In this document: positions 13,286 through 28,189 of the stretch, one piece after another
How the letters are laid out: each line of letters starts with the position of its first letter
Numbering within the stretch: the stretch's first letter is position 1
From: the human T2T-CHM13v2.0 reference genome, Homo sapiens
Reading direction: 5' to 3' (one strand)
NCBI RefSeq assembly: GCF_009914755.1
Contig: NC_060944.1
DNA length: 64,000 nucleotides
The notes under the pieces: generated by a model
Told to the model about the DNA's origin: nothing
Databases searched by the model: none
Seen by the model: the letters and a program-made list of their open reading frames with translations, nothing else
Position numbers and translations under genes: made by a program

Positions 13286-13556
13286 GAACAAGTCTCTGGG
13301 GCCTGTGCAAAGGGCAGCAGGGTGACTGGGTCCCCGGAGATTTGGGTTGGGATATTCAACACGTGCCTCGGAGAATGAAAATACAGTCAGGTTTGGGAAC
13401 AACCACTTCAACCCCAGGGATTGAAATATGCCCCCATCTAACTGCCCACTGCTCGGGGCTTCTGAACGTTTCAGCCCCTCCGTTATAAACAAGGGAACAG
13501 GAAACCCAGGATTGCCCTCCCCACCAAAGGTGTATCTGTAGGAATGTTCACCATAG

Positions 13557-13866
<310 letters not shown>

Positions 13867-13919
13867 CCATGGCCTTGTTTTTAAGAGTGAACATGTGGCA
13901 GCCGCTGCCACATGCAGCT

Positions 13920-14340
13920 ACAGGGGACTGGGTCAGTCATTTATGATGGTTTAAAGTGCAATGGAACTCCATGCAACTGTCAGAATTAGTGAAATAAATC
14001 TATAGGTCCTGGACCTTGAACTGCCCAAAACTTAATATATTGTTAAATATATATACACACACAGACATATAATATGTACATTATGATCCCATTTACATAA
14101 AACTATATGTAGGTAAATGTGTGTAGATACATATATATAGGTGTGAATATAAATATATATAAATACACACGCACACACAGAGCACCATAATAAAGTTCAC
14201 CAAAATGCTAATAACAGTGATCTCTTCATAATGGAATTTGAATCATTTTTTCTTCACTTTCTTCCTGGTATTTTTCTACATTGTTTAAAATTTCACAATA
14301 AGTGTATATAATTTTAATGAAGCAATTATTTTTAAAAAAA
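13920..14340 (+). mobile_element. Old L1M (L1ME-like) 3' end
   Basis: tatgatcccatttacataaaa, caccaaaatgctaataacagtg, T-rich 3' end. Confidence 0.55.
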
Positions 14341-14367
14341 ATAATTGTGCAGGAGGTTTCAGAGTAA

Positions 14368-14696
<329 letters not shown>

Positions 14697-14823
14697 GAGA
14701 GACTGTCACTTAGCCCCCACCATGGTGGTGGAGGCCTGAGTCAGGGAGAGGTTGGGGAGGTGGGCTAAGGACTCTCTCGAGCTATGACTGAGAGCTCTCC
14801 TGTCCCCTCCCTGAGCCCTGAGG

Positions 14824-15000
14824 CAGGACTGGCTATATTTTTGTGGGGTTCAGTGCAAAATGAAAATGTGGGCCCCTTGTTCAAAAGGTATTAAGAATTC
14901 CAAGATAGTGACAGCAGAGTACGAAGCCAAGTGCAAGGGCTCATCTGGGCATGGGACACCATGTGACTCCACAGGTTACAAGCCCATGAGGCTGGCCCTG
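14824..15000 (-). mobile_element. MER91A hAT-Tip100 MITE
   Basis: TIRs caggactggct...gctggccctg; cagtgcaaaatgaaaatgtgggccccttgttcaaaa. Confidence 0.85.
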
Positions 15001-16079
15001 TCTGGCAGGACCATGTGAGCAAATTACAGAGCAGGGGATGAGGCCAGGAAAATGGTCAAGGAGGAGCTGGTCTGGGCCTTAAGATGCCATGGACCCACAC
15101 AGACCCTTTCAGTTGACCAGGAATCTTGCCAGAACAAACCTTATAAACATTCATGCTTGTGCATTTGAAACCGTGGCTCCTGAGATGTTAAAAGCCCAAC
15201 GGCAGGTTCCAAGGGCCCTGAGTCATTGGGCAGCTTTAATTAGCAAGAATTAGAGTCAGGAGGGGCTTAAGCTCAGGCCAGGCAGGTGGGCCTGGAGGGC
15301 TGCTTGTAGGAGGTGGCCTCTGCCTGCTGTGTGGAATCCCGGGGCTGGCCAGAGGGAACCTCCTCCAGGAACCTTCCACCCCCAGCCCCCGGAAGCTGCT
15401 GGTGCCCCTTGGCCCAGCCTGCTACCTTCCCCCAAGTCTCTGTTGGGGCGGTCACCCCAACACGTCACAACGTGGCTGCTCCTGGGGAAACCTGCTCCTG
15501 CGCCACCCACCACCATGTCCCACCCCCGCACCTCCTGGTTCCTGGGCACCACAAAGAGAGCCTGTGTTGAGGCCCAGCCGCGCTGAGCGTGCAGACAGCC
15601 TACACCTCCCGTAGGCCACACGGCACAAAGGCTGGTCTGTGTGGCCTGGCCTGGAGGGCCCACCGCCTCCCTTCCTCCACCAGGCACTAGGATCAAGTCA
15701 TCAAAGGTCCCAGGAGGCTGCCAGGCTGGCTGGACAGCCGAGGAGACAAGAGCTGCTCAGCTGACCCTGCCAGACTCCAGTGTGTCCAGCAAGCAGCAGC
15801 CACTTCCAGGCTCACGGGCACTCACTGGTGACATGTGCACAGCCTCCAGCCTCTCTGAAGGCTCCTTACCCCTCTAAGTTCAGCTGAAGGGCTTATTCAG
15901 GCTCTCCCCTAATCAGGGCCCCTGCCACCAGCCTTTCCCCACCCTGCAACCCACCAGTGATGGGTACAAAGACGTGCCATCACTCCCACTATCTGTAGAA
16001 CAGCCCAGAACTGATGAGGGTTTAATGCTGTCCACAGCAAACCTCACCAATAAGAGTTTGGCTTATGTCCTCAGATGAT

Positions 16080-16240
16080 TCTAACAGAATGGAGTCCAGG
16101 CGCCCACACTAGCAACAGGCTTTTAATGCAGCCACTGTTGGCTCCCCGTCTCCTGTCCCCCTTCCCCCTCCCCTCCCTTGTGCCTCGGAATCACCTGACA
16201 CATAAACCTCCTGCGCCCAGATCCTTGTCTCAGAACTGCC
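16080..16240 (+). mobile_element. LTR16-family 3' fragment
   Basis: gaatcacctgacacataaacctcctgcgcccagatccttgtctcag. Confidence 0.5.
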
Positions 16241-16287
16241 ATTCCAAGTCTCTCCCAGCCTTGATCTCACCCCCCTGCTTCACTCAT

Positions 16288-16580
16288 ATGGCTCATGCCT
16301 GTAATCCCAGCGCTTTGGCAGACTGAGGCAGAAGAACCACTTGAGCCCAGGCATTCGACACCAGCCTAGACAACATCGCGAGACCCTGTCTCTACAATAA
16401 AATAGACAAATTAACCAGGTGCAGTGGCATACACCTGTAGTCCCAGTTAATCAGGAGGCTGAGGCAGAGGATCACTCAAGCACAGGAGTTCAAGGCTGCA
16501 GTGAGCTATGACTGTGCCACTGCACTCCAGCTTGGCTGACAGAGCAAGACCCTGTCTCTAAAAATAAATGAATAAATAAT
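16288..16580 (+). mobile_element. AluJ
   Basis: Dimer lacking first ~10 nt. Confidence 0.92.
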
Positions 16581-17494
16581 CATAGCTGCAACACACATGC
16601 ATCCCATGCCTGTTAGGAGTGTGTGGAGGGGGAGTTTGGGTGAGGGGAGATCCCTGCAAGGGCCCCTGCTGCCCTTTTCCTCCGTGGGTTTCATTTTATG
16701 GGAAAAGAGAAAGAAAGTAGAATCTATGGAGACAAAAAAATGGGAGAAAGGGGCAAGGGGAGGGAGAAGGGGTATGTGGCATAGAGGGACACCACCTCCA
16801 GGGGACAAGCCAGGAGGACGCCTCCCTTGGGGCAGCCCCTCCCTCTCTCCACTCAGCTGCTTCTCCAGGAAGCCCCTTTATCCACACAGGGCTCCCCTAA
16901 GTCCTGCTCACAAAGGCATTTAGGACTCAGCTGGACTCCGCAGGGTGAGTAGTGTGCTGGTTAGGGTATTTCCATCGCTTCCCGAACATTCCCTGCCTGG
17001 CCCTGCCCCCTGGAAGGCTGAGCCCTAGGGACCGCACTGTCTGGGATCCCTGGTCCTCCACTTCCTGGTTAATCCAGCCAATAGCCTACAGTGGCAGGAG
17101 ATGGGGGTTGTGGGGGGTGGGGCAGTGGGGAGGCAAAGTGTAGAATATTTATCCCCCACATTCTTCTCTCCCTCCCTCCCCATGGTTCTGGCAGGGGCTT
17201 CAGTCGGTGGCCCTCCTCCACGCTGCCCTTCTCCCCAGCAGCTGGAAACACTCTTCCATGGCCTTCCACTGGAGGGCATAACAGCTCCCCACTGCTGCTA
17301 GTGCCTGCGTGCCTCAACATCCCTTGTTTCCCTAAACTCAGACCAGGAGCAGACCCTCCATTAAGAAAATCTCTTTTGAAATCCCTTGAGGTACCACGGT
17401 TTTCTGTTGATGCCCTAACAGAGTCAGGTGCCTCAGAGTCACCTCCAAGTAACTCCTGGAAGCCCCTGGCTCCAGCAACGTGGCAAATATCAGT

Positions 17495-17605
17495 ATTCAG
17501 CTCAGATGACCTGGGTTCGAATCTGAACTTCACCATTTACTTCCAAGTTGCGTGGCTTCTCTCAGCCTTTGTTTCTGCATCTGGAAAATGGGCGTGATCA
17601 CAGCA
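17495..17605 (+). mobile_element. MIR
   Basis: gacctgggttcgaatctg...gtttctgcatctggaaaatggg. Confidence 0.7.
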
Positions 17606-17624
17606 GTGCTAAATGTCTCAGAAT

Positions 17625-17850
17625 TCTCAATGTGGCAAATAACTGACCCCACTTCAGGCCAGCCCAGGAGACAAAGAGGGATTTACCGAAGGGCTGTGGG
17701 ACCCCTGATAAGAACAACGGACTCCATGCAGGTTCTCACGACTGGTTCTCTCTGTCTCTAGGTATCTGCTTCTCTCCCTTGTCCCTGCTCTCTGCTATAC
17801 CTCACATGTGAGGTATACGGCTCCCCTCCAGCTCATGAGTTTACATGCTC
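17625..17850 (-). mobile_element. Old MLT1 (MaLR) fragment
   Basis: gtggcaaataactgaccccacttcaggccagccc...aaagagggattta resembles antisense MLT1J/K end. Confidence 0.4.
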
Positions 17851-18544
17851 TAAATAGATACAGACTCCATTCTCCCTTCCACAAAGGCAAGCTCATACTT
17901 GCATACTGTACCACAACCCACTTCTATCCACTCATCCTCAGGAACCTCTTCCCGTCCCTGAATACCTTCTACACTGAGGGATGACAGCGTCCCGGTGAGC
18001 AGCCACGAAAAATCCACTGGACGTTCCATCAATATTTATCTTATTGACTTGTGTCTTTTCTTAGTAACTATCAGTGGATTCCGGAATGCATTCCCCTCTT
18101 CAGAACCCTATCTCAGGACCCCTTTGAAAGCAGGGAACTTGCCATCCTACTGTCCTGATTTCTTTCCTCCAGCCCCCAACCCTTGATCTGGCTTTCATGT
18201 AAGGCTCACAGTAGTGAAAACAGCAGCAGACCTGGTGCCGTCTCTCTCCAGTCCTGTTGTAACTTACTCTGAGCTTTCCGGGGCTATCGCCCTTGGGGAT
18301 GAAACCATCTTCAATTTGGTCCAGCAGCTGTGACTTTTAAAACTCAGTTGAGTCTTGCACTGAAGAAAGACACAAAGCTACCCTTCTCCTCTTCTCCAAA
18401 GGTCAGCTCTGGTTTTTAAAGTTCAAACAATAGCAATTCAATTGAACACACAGATCCTAAATCTTTCCTGAGGCCTTCAAAAGAGAAAGAGAACACCACA
18501 GAGCTTTTAAAAATATTGTACAAAATCAAATTTTGAATATCACA

Positions 18545-19015
18545 TCTTCCAGGGTCCCTGGAGATGCAGATGGCACACTCAGACTGGGCAGTTTGAGGGG
18601 AGTTTAATAAAGAGACTATTTACAAAGGCACAGATAGGATTTAGGAAATCAGTGCAGGCTAATTCAGAATTCTGTGGCCAGCAACATCAGGGGACGATTC
18701 CTAAAAGTGAAGAAGTAATTACAGGAAGCCAAGAGGGTAGTGGCAATGAGAGCTCCCTGGACAGAAGCCAGGACCTTTAGGAAGAGGAAGTACATGACCC
18801 ACAGGGAATCCGAAAGGAAGGGCTGGGGAGGTGGATACCCAGACTCCCTCCCCTCCTGTCTTCCACACACTATCCCGTGGAGTGAACCCAGCTGGAAACT
18901 AGACATCATGGGAGCCCACTGCTCCAGGCTCCAGAGCCCTGCATCCCAGGACACAGAGCAGACAGGGAACAGGCAAGGCTGGGAGGGGAGCAGGGAGGAG
19001 AAGCAAACCGAAGCA
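18545..19015 (-). mobile_element. LTR33-like ERVL solo LTR
   Basis: cagatggcacactcagactgggcagtttgaggggagtttaataaagagactatttacaaagg. Confidence 0.7.
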
Positions 19016-20138
19016 AGCCCAGTGCAGATGCTTTGAGAGTTTACAACCCAATTAGAAAGTACGAATTTAGTGCAGAAATTGGGGAGCAATTACATGCACA
19101 GCTAAATGATTTTTTTGTTGTTTTATAAATATTTTCAACAAGTTCCCTTTAAAAAGCAAATGTCCCCCTGCAATTAAAATATGATTTCACTTACAGGAAA
19201 TTCTACTCACTCAGAGCTGTTCCAGACCCCAGACATTCAGGTAAATAAAGGTATGGAGCAAGCTTGTGTTGGCTTTGAGTCAATTGCATCTCCCACAGAC
19301 ATCCCCTCCAGCAACCTCCTTGATGACGTTCAAGCCAGGGAGAGGACAAATAGTTCCCCAAAAGAAAATTGGAGGGCTGCTGGAAGGGGAAAGATGCACC
19401 GGAAGGCCACAGAATGCCAGACAGCCATTCCACGAAGACACGCATTAACTCACAAAGGTCATACCATCTGTAAGTGGCTAAGCTCAGGTGGAAATTCCAG
19501 CCTGTCCTCCCCAATGGCCTTCACAAATATTCCAGAGGGCCTTCCACATGGAACTATGATCTGTAAGCCCTGGTTCAGCAGGGTCCTTCTTTCCAAGAGA
19601 GGTTCTTTTCTGGGCACTCCCATCAGGAACACCCAGGTCTACCCACGTGTGCCTTCTGTCTTGGGGGACCTGGTAGTTGGCAAGTATCTTCCAAGGGAGG
19701 TCCTTCTTTGGGGATTTTTCTGTGCTCTCCGCGTCCTGGCTGTGAGACATCGTGGCAGAGTAGTACTTCACTGATACTAATTCCAGGTATGACACCAAGA
19801 AGCCCAGCCCCAGGGCCCAGTGGTGGAGGGTGGGATTCTGCTCAACTGCAAGGCCCAAGCCCATCCCCAGTCCCCTGCCAGCAGACAAATGGCTGGACCC
19901 ACACATAGCACTCTCTGCTCCTGGGACAGGATGTCAGCCAGCGCTCTGCTGGATACAAGATCTCAAAGACAGACATCAGGGAAACAGAGAGAGACCCACA
20001 TGACTGTTTCAAACAAGTCATGCTCAAACCTTCTTCTTCTAATTCCTAATGTACCCCTCTCTTCTCACCTGATGCTAAGCAGTAACGGTGCCTTCATAAA
20101 CTCGGAAAAGGAATCAGGAAAGCACCACCCTGGCCTGA

Positions 20139-20492
<354 letters not shown>

Positions 20493-20981
20493 AGAAGCTG
20501 TTTTTAATAACTGACCTTTTCAGACAAATCCCAGCAAACTTTCTCCCTTAGCACCATCTCTGAGGCCACGGTGGGTGGGGTGTGTCACCACGCCTCTCTG
20601 TAACACCTCCTGTGCCCTCTTGAAATGGTTATTGTTTCCTGAGTGGTGGCTGTGGACTTGTGGCCTCGTTAAGTCATATTATCTCAATGGAAGCCATTGT
20701 CTCCTGCTGGAGGCTCCACGGCTCCTGTCTTCATAATGCAACACCCTGACCCTGAAGTCTTGCTCTGTGGAGACTGTAACAAGATCCTGGCAGGGCTCAA
20801 AGGAAACCTTTCTTCTCTCCCAGCACATGCAGAAGTCCCACTGGCAGGGCCAAGGCATGGAGCTCTCCATCCCGGAACTGGGGCTTGAACTTGGCCAACC
20901 TGAGTTGGGGCAGATCATACCCTCCAGCTCTGGTCTGTCCTGATTTTCTTCTGGCCACAGCACATCCCCTCCCACTGTTCC

Positions 20982-21469
20982 TGTGGCAGCCAGCCTTCCA
21001 GATGCACCCCACCTCCTGGCAATCCTGCCCTCATGTAGTCCCCTCCCACATTAAATAGGGCTGACCTGTGTTACCAGTTGTGGAAATGACAGACTGTGAC
21101 CAGGTCATCATAGATATTGCGGCTTCCATCTTGCTCTCTCTTGAATCACTCACGATGGCGAGAGTCAGCTGCCATGTTGTGAGGCTGCTTAAGCAGCCCT
21201 GTGCAGGCGTCCAGAAGGTGAAAAACTGAGGCCTCCTGCCAACAGCCACACGAACTCATCATCCATGGTGGGGAGCCATCTCCAGCCCCAGCCACGCCTT
21301 CAGGCGACTACAAACCCAGCTGCATCTTGATGCCAACCTCATGAGTCAGAAGCCACTCCTGGATTCCCAACCCACAGAAACTGTGAGACATTAAATGATT
21401 ATTGTTGCTTTAGGCCACTATGTTTTGTTCCACGGGATGATTTGTTCCACAGCATTAGCTAGCTAATAT
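20982..21469 (+). mobile_element. MLT1F-like solo LTR
   Basis: tgtggcagcc start; gccatgttgtgagg, actgaggcctcctgccaacagcc, cccacagaaactgtgaga. Confidence 0.85.
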
Positions 21470-22199
21470 TCTGGGTGATAATGTCCAGAGAGGTCAGCCT
21501 CCTGGGGTCAGAGTAGAGGAGGTCAGAGAATGAACACGGAGGGGCAGACAATGCAGAGTCAGAACACTTGGTTTCCTGATCCCATATTGTCCTGCTACAC
21601 ATTTTCAAAAAGGGGAGGGGTATTAAAAATGAAGCAAAGTAGTTCAGTATGCTTCAACCAGCCGTGATCACCCTGGGACCATCTGCTTCTATGAACTGGA
21701 CACTATCGTCCCATAGTGCCCCAAATTAGGTTCCCCTTACAAAAACAGCACCACGCTGGTGGCGACTGAAACCCTGAGCTTCTTTTCACACACACCGCCC
21801 AGACCGCCCAGACCTCCTCAACTGGTTCTATGCTTGGACACCAGATTTCTCTTTAAAACCTAACTTTCTCTGATATCAATTGATCTTGGCCTTACTCCAA
21901 AGTTCCAATCTATCGAAATCACTTTCATCTCCCATTTGGCTGTCACTTTCACTGTTCCCTCCAATATGTGTCACCTGCACATCTGACCCTGTACTTTCTG
22001 CCATCTTCATCCAGAAAGTGGACTGAACGTTGATTGGCTAGGGCAGAGCTCACCACAGAGCCCTTTGGTACTCCATGACCACCAGGGCAACGGACTCCTT
22101 GATGGCAAACACTTTGCTGATAGACGTGCAATCTGCCATAAATCCCACCAAAAAACACCGTCATTACCAGTGAGTTTGCCAATCCTTTATTAAAATGCC

Positions 22200-22346
22200 G
22201 GCTGGGGGTGGTGGCCTATGCCTGTAGTCCCAGCTACTCAGGAGGCTGAGACTGGATCACTGGGGCCCAGGTGTTCGAGATTGGCATAAACAACATAGCA
22301 AGACCCTGTCTCACAAAAAAACAAAAAACAAAAAACAAAAAAAAAC
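22200..22346 (+). mobile_element. FLAM/FAM monomer with (AAAAAC)n tail
   Basis: Monomer; taaaatgc on both flanks. Confidence 0.85.
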
Positions 22347-22422
22347 AGTAACATAAAATGCTGGCTGGACACAAATTTATTTACCCCATTATCCAGTACT
22401 GTCTAAAAAGAAAGTTGGTTTG

Positions 22423-22916
22423 TGTATTCGTTGCCTGTGGTTGCTATAATTACCATGAACTTTTGGTCTTAAAACAACAGAAATTTATTACCTCACAGTC
22501 CTGGAGACCAGAAGTCTGAAATCAGTGCCACCAAACTGAAATCAATCCATCAGTGGGGCTGTGCTCCCTCTGGAGGCTTTAGGAGAGAAACTGTTCCTTG
22601 CCTCTTCCAGCTTCTGGGAGCTACAGCATTCCTTGGCTTATGGCCACATCACTCTAATTCTCACATCCAGTGTCTTCAAATCCTTCTCTTCTCTGTCTTC
22701 ACATGGCTTTCTTCTCTGAGTGTGAGTCAAGTCTAACTCTGTCTTATATGGACACTTGTGATGGCATTTAGGGCCCACAGGAGAGTCCAGGATAATCTCT
22801 TATCTCAAGATTCTTACTCACTTCTGCAAAGACCCATTTTTCTTACAGGGTAACATTTATAGGCTCCAAGGGTTAGGACCTGATATCTCTAGGGGGCCAT
22901 TATGCCACCCACCACA
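22423..22916 (-). mobile_element. MLT1D solo LTR
   Basis: cttaaaacaacagaaatttatt...ctggagaccagaagtctgaaatc...ccaccaca. Confidence 0.9.
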
Positions 22917-23286
22917 GCTGGGCACAGCTCATCCCCACCAAACTCTCCCACCTCACCATCACTGCATTTTTTTTCCCTGCTGTTCACAAATGAGTTTATG
23001 TCACGCTCTGCTCTATAATTTTCCAAAAGTCAACATCAAGGTTACTGTCTCTACATTTTGGAATCTGCTTGAGACCTGTAATTCACCCAGCCACATCAGT
23101 CTGGACATTAAAAAGAGGTCATAATAAACAAAAATAGCATTTCTTAGGTTTGCCATTATTGCTGGCTCTCCAGTCCCTTAGAAACGTCAAGAATTCTCAG
23201 AATGTGTTCTCAAGTGGAGGCAGCATAGAGGTTGCAATCAGCTTCTCAAGTCAGACTGCCTGGGTCTGAATACTGCCTCTGTCACT

Positions 23287-23816
23287 ATGGCCAACTGTGT
23301 CTTCCAAAGATGGCCACAAAAATCTCTCCCTTCCCACATGCTCTTCTGCAGCATGGCCTTGCCCCATCCCACCAGGGGGTCCATTTCTTCACCCCGCTCT
23401 AAAATGCATATGGCACAAGTGACACTGCCATTTAAAGACAAGGCCCTTAACAGTTGCCTGTTCCTGTCTCTTGGAATGTTTGTTCTTGAGACTCTACGCT
23501 CAGAACTCAGCCACCATGTTGTGAGGAAGCCCTCACCACATGAAGAGACCCCTTGCAGAAGTTCTGGCAGACTGCCTCAGCTGAGCTTCCTGCCATCAAT
23601 GGCCAGTGTGCAAGTGAGCCACTGTGGGCCTCCAGCCCAGTCGAGCCTTCAGACCCTCCAGCCCCAGCCAACACCTGACTGCAGCCATGGCAGACCCCAA
23701 GTGAAAGCCACCCAGCTGAGCCCAGCCAATTCACAGAAGCAGAAGTAATTGCGAAGTGTTGTTTTAAGCCACTGGATTTGGGGACAGCTCATTTTACAGC
23801 AATAGATATTCAGAAG
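23287..23816 (+). mobile_element. MLT1H-like solo LTR
   Basis: ttccaaagatggccaca...cagccaccatgttgtgaggaagccc...gttttaagccact...cagcaatagata. Confidence 0.85.
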
Positions 23817-24110
23817 AGCCACTTATTGACTGAGTAACCTGAAGCAAGTGACAAGCTTAAGCTTAGGTTCCTGCCAGAAGCACATACCGAGACAAAGGCT
23901 TGGAGCATATAGTTTATTTGGGTGATGAATCCAGGAAATACAGGTAGGGGATTAAAACTAAAACTACTGCATGATCCAGCAATCCCATTTCTAAGTATAT
24001 AACTAAAAGAATTAAAAATAGGATTTTGAAGAGATATTTCCATACCTATGTTCACTGCAGCATTATTCACAATAGTCACAAGGTGGAAGCAAACTAAATA
24101 TCCATCAACA

Positions 24111-24586
<476 letters not shown>

Positions 24587-24596
24587 TATCCATCAA

Positions 24597-26515
24597 CAAA
24601 AACTATTAGAATTGATAAATTCAGTAAAGTTGCAGGATACAAAAAAAACATACAAAAATCAGTAGCATTTCTATATGCCAACAGCAAACAATCTGTAAAA
24701 GAAATCCAGAAAGTAATTCCATTTACAATAGTTACCAATGAAATAAAATACCTAGGAAATAACTTAACCAAAGAAGTGAAAGAGCTCTACAATGAAAACT
24801 ACAAAATCTTAATGAAAGAAATTGAAGACACCAAAAAATGAAAAGATATTACATGTTCATGAATTGAAATAACCAATATTGTCAAAATGTTCATACTATC
24901 CCAAGCAATCTATAGATTCAATACAATCCCTATCAAAATAACAATGACATTCTTCACAGAAATAGAAAAAAAAATCCTAAAATATATATGGAACCACAAA
25001 GACCCAGAGTATCCAAAGATATCCTCAGCAAAAAGAACAAAACTGGAGGAATCACATAACCTGACTTCCAGTTATATTACAGAGCTATAGTAACCAAAAC
25101 AGCACAGCACTGGCATAAAAACTGACACGTAGACCAACAGAAAACAATGGAGAACCCAGGAAAAAACCCATACATCTACAGTGAACTCATTTTTTACAAA
25201 GGTACCAAGAACATACATTGAGGAAAGGACAGTCTCTTCAATAAATAGTGCTGGGAAAACTGGATATCCATATGCAGAAGAATGAAACTAGACCCCTATC
25301 TCTTGCCATATACAACAATCAAATCAAAACGTATTAAAGACTTAAATCTAAGACCTGAAACTATGACACTATTAAAAGAAAACATTGGGAAAAAATCTCT
25401 CCAGGACTTTGGACTGAGCAAAGATTTCTTGAATAATACCCCACAAGCACAGACAACTAAAGCAAACATGGACAAACCACATCAAGTTAAAAAGCTTCTG
25501 CACAGCAAAGGAAACAATCAACAAAATAAAGAAACAACCCACAGAATAGGAGAAAATATCTGCAAACTATCCATCTGGCAAAGAATTAATAGCCAGGACA
25601 TATAAGGAGCTCAAACCAGTCTATAGAAAAAAATCTAATAATCCAACCAAAAATGGGCAAAAGATCTGAATAGACATTTCTCAAAAGAAAACATACAGAT
25701 GGCAAACAGGCATATTGAAAGGTGCTCAACATTATCGGTCATCAGAGAGATGCAAATCAAAACTACAATGAGAGGTCATCTCACCCCAGTTAAAATGGCT
25801 TTTGTCTTTTGGACAGGCAATAACAAATGCTGTCAAGGATGTGGAGAAAAGGGAACCCTTGTACACTGTTGGTGGGAATGTAAATTAGTACAGCCACTAG
25901 GGAGAACAGCTTGGAGGTTCCTCAAAAAACTAAAAATAGAACTACCATATGATCCAGCAATTCCACTGCTAAAAATATACCCCCAAAAAAGGAAATCAGC
26001 ATAATGAAAGGATATCTGCACTTCCATGTTTGTTGCAGCTCTGTTCACAATAGCCAAGATTTGGAAGCCACCTAAGTGTCCATCAACAGATGATTGGATA
26101 AAGAAAATGTGGTACATATACACAATGGAGTACCATTCTGCCATAAAAAAGAATGAGATCCTGTCATTTGCAACAACATGAACGGAACTGGAGGTTCTTA
26201 TGTTAAGTGAAACAAGCCATGCACAGAAAGACAAACTTCACATGTCCTCACTTATTTGTGGGAGCTAAATATTACAACAATTGAACTCATGGTGATAGAG
26301 AGTAAAAGGATGGTTACCAGAGGCTGGGAAGGGTAGTGGGGTGGGGGTAGAGTGGGGATGGTTAACGGATACAAAAATATAGTTAGATAGAATAAATAAG
26401 ATCTAATATTTGATAGCACAACAAACTGACAGCAGTCAACAATAGTATATTATACATTTAAAGACAACTAAGAGTATAACTGGATTGTTTGTAACACAAA
26501 GAAAGGATAAATGCT
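24597..26515 (+). mobile_element. L1MA1-3-type LINE-1, ORF2 3' half plus 3'UTR, disrupted
   Basis: ORF2 peptides [52 protein letters not shown]; stops and frameshifts. Confidence 0.95.
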
Positions 26516-26653
26516 GGCTGGATGCAGTGGCTCATGCCTGTAATCCCAGCACTTTGGGAGGCTGAGGCGGGTGGATCATGAGGTCAGGTGTTCAAGACCA
26601 GCCTGGCCAACATAGTGAAACCACATCTCTACTAAAAATACAAAAAAAAAAAA
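26516..26653 (+). mobile_element. AluS left monomer only
   Basis: Ends at the A-rich linker; right arm absent. Confidence 0.9.
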
Positions 26654-27332
26654 GGGAAATTCAGATACACGTTACAACATGGACGAATCTTGAGGACATT
26701 ATGCTCAGTGAAATAAGCCAGTCACAGAAGGACACATACTGCATACAAGGTACCTAAAGTGTCAAATTCACAGACAGAAAGTAGAATGTGGTTGCCAGGG
26801 CCTGCAGAGAGAGGGAATGGGGAGTTATTTAATGGGTATAGAGTTTCAGTTTTGCAAGATGAAAAGTTCTATTACACAACAAGGTGCAAACAGTTAATAC
26901 TACTGTACTATACACTTATAAATGGTTCAGATGGTAAATTTTATGCTATGTGTTTTTTTTACTACAATTAAAAATAAAATTGTCTCATCAAGGAGCAAGC
27001 ACCCTGGGGTTTTCATACAACTCCCATCCCTCGCCCACCAGCTGAGAATCACTCTTGAGGTGTTAACTCCCCACACTCCAAGGGCCATAGAGCATGCCCT
27101 GTAGAGAGATACAGGGAGCCACAGGCACACATGGAATGGTCTGAGGTCACCTCCCAGTGCCCGGGAGACATTGGGGCACTGACCACATCTGCCATATCAT
27201 TTACCTTTGAGTCCTCTGTAAAACAGGAATGATAAATACCTACCTCGATAGACCAGTTGCAAAGGCTACTTTGAACATACGCAGACTTAGACTTAACACA
27301 GTGCCTGGCCCACAGTTAAAATGTTATAATCA

Positions 27333-28163
<831 letters not shown>

Positions 28164-28189
28164 GACTATAATCATTGTACACATCTGCC

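Larger units (their letters stand above)
21850..23205 (-). mobile_element. L3/CR1 LINE RT-domain fossil split by FLAM and MLT1D
   Basis: Minus ORF GVPKGSVVSSAL...FLDEDG...CAGDT corresponds to CR1 GVPQGSVLGPVL...LDEG...FADDT; further motif-like DNA at 23010-23190. Confidence 0.7.

Noticed and set aside
19197-19240. 44-nt micro-exon candidate (ttacag/G ... CAG/GTAAAT)
   Set aside because: Short polypyrimidine tract, moderate donor and no partner exons identified.
19181-19774. Longest ORF (197 aa, ATG start) in repeat-poor DNA
   Set aside because: No recognisable domain or family. An ORF of this length is roughly expected by chance in six frames of 64 kb.
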